Shown here piece by piece: positions 12,713 to 24,089 of a stretch of DNA of 64,000 nt; position 1 is the first letter of the stretch; every line of letters starts with the position of its first letter. The notes under the pieces were generated by a model. That model was given only the letters and a program-made list of their open reading frames with translations, was not told where the DNA came from and did no database searches. This DNA is from Antechinus flavipes. Its lineage: Eukaryota. A program made the translations under genes and the position numbers. The DNA lies in the NCBI RefSeq assembly GCF_016432865.1, contig NC_067400.1:616714001-616778000 (forward strand). Reading direction: 5' to 3'.

Positions 12713-14556
12713 TGAAATGAATTATTACTGAAGGGACAGTCAGCACATAGGGTGGAGAAGCAGCAGGAAGCACCAAGTACCCCCATGGCTTCATAGAGGA
12801 CCAATCATAAAAACTAATTTTCCTGCTTTTTTTGAGAGTGTTACTAAGCAAATACATCAGGCGACTGCCATAGATAGTTGACCCAAATCTCAGCAAAACA
12901 TTTCATTGGTTCTTGTGGAACAGATGGAGAGACACAGGCCAGATGATGCGAGAGCCAGAGAGAGGATTCAGAAGGGGCAGACCCAAAAAGCTGGCACTGA
13001 TGGTTCCGGTGCTCCCCCAGGAGGTCTCCAGGAGCCTCTGGGATCTGCACTCGGCTCGGCTGCTGAAGGTCAGAGACTTTAATAAGGACAGAGGGGGCTG
13101 TCGGGAGTGACGGCATCAGGGTCCAAAAGGACCTTCACAGGCCAAGGTAACACGGGAAGGATCACAGATCTGGAGTCAGGACCTTCAGATCTCGTGGAAG
13201 TGACCTTAGACAAGCAATTTGACACCCACACCCCCAGGCCTCAGTTTGCCCATTTGTAAAAGGAGTCAGTTGGCACTTGAAGTTCCAACTCAATAAAAAT
13301 TGAGCTGAATCTAATAAGATGAAACAGGAATAAATATGAAGTCTTAGACTTGGGTTCAAAACTTGCCATGTTTTGGGTAGGAGAGGTGAGACGCGGCTCA
13401 GCTGAAGACCATCAAGGGTCTTCTAGGAGACTGACAACTCAATGTAATTCTACAGGGTGAGACAGCAGCCCGAAAAGCCAGATCTTGGGCCACGTGGGCA
13501 CCGGTATAGCTTCCGGGATGCCAAAGATGACGTTCCTGCTGTCCTCTGGGGAGGGACTGGGGAGCTTTTACCCTGGAGAAGAGAAGACTCAGGAAGGATG
13601 TGATAGCTCTCCAAATGTCAGAAGACAGAGCAGCTGTGTGGGAGAAGAATCTACCCTGCCATGGTTGGTCCCAGAGGGCAGGAGCGTGAGCTGGAGGGGG
13701 AGTCCAAGAGGCAGATTTAGAGGGGAAATGTCCTCCTGCCCAGTCACTGGAGGGCCTGCCTCGGGAGGCAGTGATGCCCCCTTCACTGGAGGTCCCCAAG
13801 CAGGATGGCTGCCTGTCCAGGATGTGACACAGGGAGCGCTTTTTTCAGCTACTAATTGCACTGCAAGGCCATTAAAGATGTGATTTTATGACACCAGCTC
13901 TGTGTGAAGGACTTGTTATGCTTGGTTCCAGAGGCAGGAATTACAATTTTTATTTGATATCCAGGCTCCCTCATTTCATAAATGGGTAAACTGAGACCCA
14001 GAGAATGGGGACATTAAACGTCACACAGGAAGTCATCGATAGAATGGCACCTGAACCCAGATCTTCTGATGCTAAAAACAGAAGGGAGGATAATTCCTAA
14101 TAATGGATTGTCTAAGGATATAATGGTCTGCCAGGGTAGGACAGGGGAGAGAGGGTGGTAATGAGCTTCCCCTCAGGAGGCCGGATGCTGCAGAGAGACC
14201 CCTAGCTCAGGCAGGTTGGATTAAATGACCCTGTGGCTCTCAGAACCCATGATTCTATTCTTCGGTCCAGCTCCTGAACACAGGCCCTGGCCTGTCCTTA
14301 GCAGTTTCATAGTCATCTGAGGTCCGCGATTCTCCAGAGTCATGTCCCTCTGACCGAGTCATGTAGCCTTCTGGAGCCTCACTGCTTTCCTCGGTAAACC
14401 AGCGATAATCCACCTTGCGCCTCCTTGCCCAGGCAAAGGAGCTCTCAAAACCTCCCATTAGGGCTGGCTAAATGGGCACGATGGTTATACATTTTTGCTA
14501 ACACATGCATCTTTGTTTCTCTGTCGGGAGGAGCACGAGGATGATTGCAGCCTTTC

Positions 14557-17500
14557 CTAGCAGGAGCTCTCAGAGGCCGGGCTAGCCTCCTCTCCCTCCC
14601 CACCCGGGGCCCTGCGGCGGTCCTGGGATAGGTGCTGCTCATCCAAGAGAATTTGGCCCAGCTGGCACCGCTGCCATTGTTTTCGGATCTCAGCCTGGAC
14701 CTGGGGGAGGGGTAAGGGTAAGGGCAAAGGACATGACCGTTACTGATTGGCCCAATTGGAGGAAGAAGACCGTAGAGGTCTGGGGGCTTCGTACCTCTTT
14801 GTTGATGAAACAATAGAGGATGCTGACAAAGAGACCCTGGAGAGAAGGGAGAGAGAACATGGAATGAACAGAAGTGCTTCACGGGAAACATGAGTCCTCT
14901 CCTAAAGAAAGGGCTAGGCCTTCTGCCCAGGTTTTGGTCGGGCTCCAAATCCTGTGTTCACACCCTAAAACGATTTTTTTGTGTGAGAAATTGGCCTTAG
15001 TGCCCCCTGGCAATATGAGTGGTATTATTTTGGTTGACATGCAGGGGTAAGCATTTGTTGGACTAAACATTTTAAATTTCCACAGCTAGAATCAGATTTT
15101 TGGAGGTGAAAGTTTTTGTATTCTTTGTAATTGGAGCATTAGTGGTGGGTTCCAGTCTGAGAAGACCAGGTTCTACTGTTAAACTAAGGCTCTGAGGTCA
15201 AGGGGCAAGGACGGCAGGTGAGGAATAGAATAGGAACAGTTCCTATCCCAGTACTCTACCTGGAAGGAGCTGAGGAAGATCTCAAAGTACAATTTGGTGT
15301 ATCGAAGGGCACCTTCTGCTTGTTCCTCTGTCACTGGTGCAAACACCACCTCATGGATGCCCAGGAGGGGGACCAGGGTCAGTGTGGACCTGGCCAGCCT
15401 GGGGGCAGAAGGAGCATGAACCACCAGGACCCTTCCATCATTTCCCTCTCCCTCTGTGAATCCAAGGTTTCTTCCTTCCCTTCCTCCCCCCCCCCCACCT
15501 GAGCCTGTAGTCCTGGCAACGCATCTGGTGGGCCTTCAGCTTGGCCAGCAGGATGCCCAGAATTCGAATGAAGATAAGGAAATTAACCTGAGGACGGAGT
15601 GACAAAATGTGGGGAAGGGTCGTGCTGGGGGAGAAGGCAAAACTGTTGGAGTGAGAAGCTAAAGAACAGGGAGGCTCCAGACTCATAGAACCCTGAACCG
15701 TTAGCACTGTGGACAGCGGTGATTGGAAACTGCAATGCTAGAACCTTACAGCTGGGGAAGGTGAGACCTGGAATTGAGCACGGGGGAATCTGAAAGGGGG
15801 AGATTTCTTTCATTCGTGTGTCCTATTGCACCCCTCCCCCACACTCCCCCACTTCCAAGCTGGGATTGGACCGAGGCTAAGCCTGGGAGCCTGGGGCCTT
15901 GGGAAACCCCAAGCAGGGCTCCCTGGATGGCGGGAAATGGGGCCAGTCTCTGCCAGAGGGGAAGTCTGGGAAAGGCGCCTTCAGAAAACCCCAACCCAGG
16001 TACAGAGGACCCCGACGGGGAGAAGGGGTGCAGAGGCTTCCACGGGGCAGGCAATGGGGAATCATACCAAGATGGTGGCGAGGATGGGCGTGCGGATAAT
16101 CCACCAGATTGCCTTGATCTCGTTCCGTTCCCAGCACCTGGAAGGAGGAGCTCTCCAAGGTCCTGCTCGGCTCCTCCCACCCCGGCCCCGCCCTGGTGCG
16201 GGCCACACCCACGCCTCAGCCCCGCCCACGCGTCATCTTGTCGCCCCTGGCCAATCCACGCCCACGTTCCACATTGGCTCCGCCTCCTGCCGTCCACCTT
16301 TACTCACTGAGTGTTCTCGTAGAGGTGTCGAGAGATCACCCACGGGACGACAAAGAGCGCGGGGCCTCCTGTGAAAAGCAGGACGCCCCGGAGGTCACAA
16401 GAGAGGGAGACCCTCCCTTCTACCTGTGCGGGGTCGGGGAGGGGCTGGCGGCGTGTAAAGTAACCCCGCAAAGTCCCAGGAACGCCCCCTCTGTTCCCGC
16501 GCCCCCATTGGAACGTCCCCGCCTTGAAGGCAGGCCCTGCTTTATGCCTTTGCGTTCTCGGGGTTTAGCCCGGGCCGGCCCCTAAGCAGGGCTCCCTCCG
16601 CGCTTACTGACCGACTGTCTCAGAGCTGGAAGGACGTCGCCCCCCTTCCTGGGAGCTGGCGGGGGTGGGGGTGGGTGGGGAAGGGGCAGGGGGAGGGAGG
16701 GGGGGTAATCCAGTCCGCCCCTCTGTTGCCACGCCTTCCGACGCTCTGTCTGGGTGGGCCCCGCGCCCCCATTGGAACGTCCCCGCCTTGAAGGCAGGCC
16801 CTGCTTTGTGCCTTTGCGTTCTCGGGGTTTAGTCCGGGGCCGGCCCCTAAGCAGGGCTCCCTCCGCGCTTACTGACCGACTGTCTCAGAGCTGGAAGGAC
16901 GTCGCCTCCCTTCCTGGGAGCTGGCGGGGGTAATCCCAGTCCGCCCCTCTGTTCCCCGTGGGCACTAATGGGCCAGTGTGTAACAAGTCCCACTGCTCGC
17001 TGTCTGGGGAGGGGAGGTGAGAGGGGGGCCCCCAAACCGAAGACTGTGGGGTTCGCCGTGTGGGACTCACCCCAGCCAAGAAACAGGTAGCATTTGAAGT
17101 GACTGTCTTCCGAGAAGGCCATCAACACCAGTAAGCTGTACAGGTAAACGCCCTCCACCAGCAGCCACGTGTGGTTGGCGCTCACACAGTACTGGGTCAC
17201 AACCTGAGCCACTCGGCACGCGGCTAGGGACTGGGGCTGGGGGGGAGATCACAAGCAGAGGGGGGCGAACCTCCTGAGACAGACTCCACCCGCCAGAGAG
17301 AGTTCCCCCCCCCCTTTCAGACCTAGGCTAGGGGGCGAGAAAAAGTCCCGGCAGTCAGGGCGTGAGTGGGTGGGGGGCGGTGGGAGAGTGTGGAGCATAA
17401 ATCAGACTGTCCCAGCTGGGGAGCTAGAGAACCTAGAACGTTAGGTTTTAGAACCCGCTGCCCCACCCTGAAAGGGGAACCCAGAGATCACCTGACCGGG

Positions 17501-19824
17501 CAGCACCTGAGAGGGCTCTCCAATGTGCAGGCCCAAGGGAGGCAGCAGTTTATCCCGAGTGAGGATGGCAGCTGCTCGGAAAATGAAGGAGATGAACAGG
17601 TTCATGTGGATATAGTTCCGGGTGCATCGAAGCTTCCTGGGGGTGAGCATTGTGACAGACTGTTGACCCTGCCCTCCGCTTTCCCCCAAGCCACCCCCTA
17701 TGTCTCCCATATCCTCCAGCACCTCCCTCCCCTCCACTTGTCTTTAAGGAAGCCTCCACCCTCACCCAACAAATGGTCATCTTGTCTTTGCTTGGAGATG
17801 ATTACTGAGAGCGGAACCCCCACCTCAGCTCCGGCCACTTCTGACAGCTCTTCCTGACCCCGAACCTCAGTCTGAGCATCCCCTCCTGGTCCTCCCCCGT
17901 GGGTGGTGAGTCTGATCCCTCATTCACCTAAAGTCCCCTCCAGTGCTGGAATAGCACATGTGCCTCTGGGGGGTCTCCCAAAGTGCAAAGCTCTTAGCCC
18001 CCCTCCCCCCCCCCCAGGGTCTTTCAGTCCTTCAGGACCAGTTACCTAAAGGAGCCCAGTATCAGCAGAGCCAGCAGCAAGGCAGCCAGAGAGAGCGCGT
18101 AGCCCACTGTGTACACCAGCTGCAGCTTCTCCAGAATGAGCCTTTGATCCTGGATGAAGGAAGACACAAACAGGACACAGCGCATTTCCCCATGGGACAG
18201 CGAGTTCTCCTCTCCCCAGGAAAGGGCTGGGCTTCCTCCCACCCTCAGTGATCTCACCTGGAAGACCTGCTCCTCCTCTGGAGCCGCGCACTGGGAATGG
18301 TCCCTCCAGGGTCCCCACTGGCCGTCCGCCTCGCAGAGACGCAGCACGTAGCCCGTGGTCACTGGAGAGGGCAGGGAAGACAGAGCCGGCTACGGAAGGC
18401 TGTGATGTCAGAGTGGAAAGTAAGGGGCAAGGACTAGGGAGCGCGTAGGGCCGAGAGGCGCCCCTAGAGACAGGAGCGCCCACAGCAGAGAAGAGACCTT
18501 AGAGAATATCTAGCCCAATCCCTTTTTAGCCAGAAAGCCAGAGATGCAGAGGACACTGAGAGATTCAAAGGACCTAGGAACGAGGAAAGGGAGTTGGCTA
18601 GTTAGAACTACAGGGACGATGAAGAAGAGACACAGGGAAACCCCAGAACAGGTGGAGAAAGGGAAACTGAGGTAGCCTCAAACTCAAAACAGAACCTCGA
18701 GAAGTGGGAGGGGAGCCTCACCTTCCTGGTGCCAGGGCAGGTACCAGGGGCAGGGGGTACTGGCTGTGGTGTTAGGGGGTGAGTGGGGCCAGCAGGCATA
18801 CATGTCGAAGGTCCCATTGCAGGCCAGCTCTGGGCAGGAGGAGACAAAGGAGGCACTCCCAGTCCCTTCTCCCAGGCTCCCCCGAAGGGGAAGGGGAAGA
18901 GAGAGGAAAAGAGGGATGTGGGAAGGAGATGGAGTCTTCCCCAACTCATCCATAAACCCGAACGGCTGCTTCTAGCTGCCTCCTCCCTCCCTCCATCAGC
19001 TCAAACATCACCCACCGAATCAGCGCAACGGGCGCCCCATGGGACATCCACCCTTGTTGCTTTGCTCCAGTCTAGACAGACTGACCATTTCACTGATCCC
19101 TCCCTACCCCTGTCTCCCACATGCACATCTCACTGCCTGCCCACATCCATCCACAGCCATCCCTCAAGCCACACCCGTCTCATTTCCCATCTTGTAAAGG
19201 CCCCTCCACCGAGGTTTGACCCTCCCCGAGATTCAGGCCCACCGCCTTTGACCTCAGGAGCCCCAGCTCACCCGGTGATGGCTCAGCAGCAGCTAGAGCA
19301 TCCTGACACTGAGCCCGGTACCGGGCCCACCGACGGTAGAGCTCGCTGGAGGTGCTCCTTGGAAAGCTGGCCTGTGGAGAGAGAACCCTCCTCCCCAGAC
19401 CCCCGGGTACGCAGGGGAAGAGGAAGGGAGCTGGCAGCCCTCGGAAAGGCAGAAGAACCCATCCCCTCTTCCCTGCCTCTACCTCCTAAATGTGCCCCGC
19501 CTCCTCCTTTAGAGGATCTGGCAGTTATCTTTCATCCCAGATTTTTAAAGTATCAGAAAGAGGGCAAGATTTGCAGGCTGGGGTGAGAAAGGGAGAGCCA
19601 CCATCCATATTGAGGGGTGTCTTAGAACCTCAAGTCCTGTGATTTACAGTTACTTAGAAATGAGAAACCCACCATTAGCCCTCCTGGGAGGAGGGGTCTT
19701 GAGACTATTTCTTAATCCCCCCCACCTCAGCTCTTTTGTCCCCTCCTTCCCACCTCCTTACCTGTGCTTTCCACAGGACTGGATGGAACAACAAGAGAAT
19801 CAGGAGAAGTGGAGGAATCAACAT
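14557..19824 (-). CDS. GIPR: Gastric inhibitory polypeptide receptor (class B1 GPCR), 442 aa
   Basis: Thirteen coding exons on the minus strand: 19824-19762, 19371-19272, 18829-18722, 18361-18258, 18149-18046, 17636-17492, 17230-17071, 16368-16308, 16137-16068, 15587-15499, 15398-15260, 14836-14795 and 14700-14557; total 1329 nt, all GT-AG, frame continuous. Signal peptide [35 protein letters not shown]...CPWYLPW, TM motifs [54 protein letters not shown]. Confidence 0.96.
16497..16953. repeat. Two near-identical copies of a ~190-230-bp segment in GIPR intron 8
   Basis: ccgcgcccccattggaacg...cagtccgcccctctgtt occurs at 16497-16727 and 16761-16953 (offset 264); the first copy has an extra G-run block. 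Confidence 0.9.
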
Positions 19825-20629
19825 CACCGGAAGGAATCTGGGCCTTCAATGCCCACGATTCCAGGGGTACCTGAAGCTCCTCTTAACAGTCTTGTGGGAG
19901 GGGGGTAGCAAGAGAGATAGATGACCATGAGCCGGGAAGTTCTCCTATATCTCTCTGCTCTGTGACTCGGAGCAATATCCCCCCCACCTTAAGGCATTCT
20001 AGTGCCCTAGTCTACACAATAGAGGAAAGCTCTCCCTATACTAGTCAAAATCATGGCTCTAGTCCCTCTTCCTGAGACGTGGGTACTATTACAATCCTCC
20101 GTGTATGGACAAGGCCAAGTAAAAGGAGCAGAATTTCAGTCCACAGCTCAGTTCTGGGTTCTCCGGAAGCATTGGAAGATCCAGGGCAGAGACTGAGGAT
20201 TGGTGGAGGATCTCTAATCCCCACTAATTTCTAAGCCACAAGGCAGACAGGTGGAGGGCCAGGCCTGAAGTCTTCAAGCTTCACCTTCCCAGGCTCAAAC
20301 CTGGCCTCTGACCCTTCCTGGCTCCGTGAGCCTGGGCCAGTCGGGAACTGTTTGCCGAGTTCCTATTTGGCTACATAGCTCAACGCACTTTCCGTTCCCC
20401 TCCTTCCCCAGGGGTTCCATCCACTGCCATCCTCCTTGGCGATTCGGATCTCGGAACTTTTGGAGGTCAGAGTGGGATTGGGACGGGGAGAGAGGGATCC
20501 AGGAGGCTGAAGCAGCTGAACGAAGGAGAAGAGCTGCTCCATTTTCTTTATCCCGATAGTTCTCCCTTGCCTCTATCTCACCGACATCTCCTCCCCTACC
20601 TCCAAAGCCCCACAGCCATAGGAAGGAGA

Positions 20630-20746
20630 CACCGAGGCACAGAGAAAGAGGAAGAGGCAGAAAGAAATGATGGTTTGGGGAGAGAAAAGGTATGAGGTCA
20701 TCTCTAAAGTCCGGAGAGAGAGACAGGGGTGGGGGAAAAAGAGAGG

Positions 20747-20779
<33 letters not shown>

Positions 20780-21345
20780 TGAGACAGAAACAGAGAGAAA
20801 AATAGAGACCGAGGAAGAGATGGAAAGAAATGTTAGTAGGGGGAGAAAAAAAGTATGAGACCCTAAGGTCCTATGACAGAGACAGACAGACACAGAGACA
20901 GAGACAGAGAAGGAGAAACAGAGACAAAGACAGAAACAGAATGACAGAGACAGAGAGATGCAGATAGACAGACAGAGACAGAGAGACAAACAGAAAAACA
21001 GAGACAGGAAGAGATAGAAAGAAATGTGAGTAGGGGGAGTCATACAAAAGTATGAGGTCATCCCTAAGGTCCTATGAGAGATTCAGGCAGACAGAGACAG
21101 AGACAGAGGCACATAGAGACAGAAAGAGACAGAGAGACAAACAGGCAGAGACAAAGACAGAGAGACAGAGACAGAGACAGATAGACACAAAGGCACAGAG
21201 AGACAGAGACAAAGAAGAAACAGAATGACAGTGAGAGACAGAGACACAGAAAGAGACACACAGAGAGAGACACACAGAGACAGAGACAGAGAGCCTCAGT
21301 GATAGAAACAGAGAGAGACATACCAAGGCAGAGACAGAGACAAAA
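20630..21345. repeat. GA/GACA compound microsatellite containing three diverged copies of a ~160-195-bp unit
   Basis: The motif gaggaagag..gaaagaaatg...ggggag...gtatgag...taaggtcc recurs near 20648, 20811 and 21005, separated by (GACAGA)n tracts. Confidence 0.75.
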
Positions 21346-24089
21346 GGTCTGGTTTCTCCTTTACCTGTTCTTTCACCTGTAGCTGCTGCTTTCCCCTTCT
21401 TCCTCTGGCTCTCTCCTCCAGGCTCTGGGCTCTGAGCTCCGCCCCCCGAGTGGGTGCAAATCACTCACTGTCACCCATGGAGTCGGTCACGGCTCAGCCC
21501 TCCCTATGCCCATCATGGCTCTCCCTCCTCCTGCCGCTGTGTGGGTGGAGTGGGGTGGGGGGTGTCTATGTGTGTATGGAGGGGGGGCTGTGTGTGCACC
21601 TGTGGGTGCTTGTGCCCTTTCCTTTCACCAGAATCGTGGGATCCTGAAGCCGGAGGGAGCCTTACTGGCCAAGAAGCCTCCTGATTTCTCCTCTGGCCCC
21701 TCGGGCACCGTGTTCCCTCCCTCCCCCACAGAAAGGAGCAGAGGGCAGCACATGCACCCAGGAACTTCTCCCTCTCTTCTCTGGCCCCTCCTCTTTCCAA
21801 GTCTCCCTCTCTCAGTCTCTGTCTTTTCTCTTGTTCCTCTTGGCTCGATTTCTCCCCTCGTTTTTCTTTGCTTTGTCCTGATGGGAAAGGGCATCGTGAC
21901 ACTGGTATAGAGCTGGAAAGAATCTTACAGGCCAGGAAATGGAAGTGACTTGCCCAGGATCACACAACCAGGGTCAAACCCCAACTTGTAGACTCCAAGC
22001 ACAGCAAACCATCCGCCGTATTCTTGCTTCCAAGATCCCAAGAGTCTTTTCTTTTTTTAAATTTTACGGAAACTTTCACAAGCATCAACAAAGGCAAATA
22101 CAAGGCCTCCTAAAAGGTCCTTAATAAACTTGGAACTGAGCTGCTCTGGGGACGCCCTGCCTGTTGTCTGTCTCGACTTGGTGTCTCTTCTTGGTATCCC
22201 ACGTGTAGTTATAAGAACAATCCCTCCCCTCACTTGCAAAGACTCATCTATATTTATCAGTGTCTTAAATATTTACAAACACCCACACCCACTCATCGGA
22301 AACCCATTTTCCCATTCCCCAGAGGAGGAAACTGAGTCCCAGAAAGAATAAGGGAGAAAACTAAAAGACAGGGGACGAAAAAGAGACACTGGCAAATGTG
22401 TCTGTTCATGGAATACTAAGGAAGACGGATTAGCGTGAACTCCCCGACTCTTTTCCTCGAAGATCTCAAAGCACTAAAGGATGGGATGGAAAGATCAGTG
22501 TCCTCAGGAGAGCCAGGTGAGGTCAGTTGACCCTTAAATCCAGAGCTTGACCCCCCAGACTTTTCTCCTATTCCATTCTCCTCTCAGGATCCAATAGGGT
22601 GGGACAGGAGACCCAGGGAGGAGACGTTCTCTCCTCAACCTCGGCCTTTGGCCCAGACGGTCTCTTGAGTTTCTGTGAGCGGAGTTTGCCTCTCTTCGTC
22701 CCTGTCTCAGGCTCCTCCTTCCATGTTTCTGTCTCCAGCCCGGACTCAGCTCTTCTCGTTCCTTCTGGCTTCTCCTGAATGAACGTCTCCCCTCTCCAGC
22801 CCCAGGACTGACCGCCAGGTTAGCAGGAGGCCGGGGCCTGGGGCTAAAGAGACAGCAGGGACAGGAAACAGATCCTGGGGGAAGAGGCAGGACCCGGAGC
22901 CAGGCAGATGGCAAGGTCGATGAGGCAGGGAAATGAGGTCTGGGGAGGGGGGAGCACTGCTGGGATCCAGGGAGGAGAGCTGCAGAGAGACCCGGCAGCA
23001 GGGAGCTAGAGATCCGAGTCAAAAGGAGACAGAGGCCGGCGGCCAACACCCTCCACTTGGCCTTTCAGGGCCCAGGCCCGGACGCCCTACTCCCAGCTCC
23101 CCACAGGGACGGGACGGAAAGCGCGGCAGCTCCCGCTAGCTCCGCTCCCTGGGTGGAGGCCTCCCGAGGGAGCCCAAAGGCCCGCACTGGGGTCTGGCCC
23201 TGGCTTTCTCTCTTCTCTGGTTCTAGGGAGAGACAGCGCTGCTTTTCTGTTGGGTGTGTTTGGATCTCCACACACACACAAAATTGTGCATCTTCATGTC
23301 TTTCTCTTTACATGTATATTAATATGTATAAATCATAATGAACATATGTATATATATGTATTTATTATGTGTGAATGATTGTACTGTGTGTATATAGAGG
23401 GGAAAGTGTATATACATGTGTGTGTGTATCCCCCCCCCCTTTTTGTCTATCTCCCTCCAAAGTCTGGAGTCCAGATCTTTTGGTTGTCATAGTGACTCCC
23501 TCGAAGCCAGGGAGCAAATATTGTCAGTTCCGGAGTCAACCCTTTTTCCTCAGCACTGGGCCTCCAGAGAGAGGGAGAGAGGAGGAAAAATCTGGGCCAG
23601 GCCCCTGTGGACACCCCCTCCAGGCCTAAACGCGAGACTTCTCTATCTGCCGAGTTCCCAAGGTAGAGATCAGAGGAGGAGATACTATTCTTATAGCGGA
23701 CCAGGTGNNNNNNNNNNNNNNNNNNNNNNNNNNNNNNNNNNNNNNNNNNNNNNNNNNNNNNNNNNNNNNNNNNNNNNNNNNNNNNNNNNNNNNNNNNNNN
23801 NNNNNNNNNNNNNNNNNNNNNNNNNNNNNNNNNNNNNNNNNNNNNNNNNNNNNNNNNNNNNNNNNNNNNNNNNNNNNNNNNNNNGAGAGGAAGNNNNNNN
23901 NNNNNNNNNNNNNNNNNNNNNNNNNNNNNNNNNNNNNNNNNNNNNNNNNNNNNNNNNNNNNNNNNNNNNNNNNNNNNNNNNNNNNNNNNNNNNNNNNNNN
24001 NNNNNNNNNNNNNNNNNNNNNNNNNNNNNNNNNNNNNNNNNNNNNNNNNNNNNNNNNNNNNNNNNNNNNNNNNNNNNNNNNNNNNNNNN

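Noticed and set aside
18783-19586. 267-aa plus-strand ORF
   Set aside because: Antisense to GIPR exons 3-4, low-complexity Pro/Ser composition.
23885-23893. 9-nt sequence island between two N runs
   Set aside because: Assembly or masking artefact; ORFs spanning N runs are meaningless.
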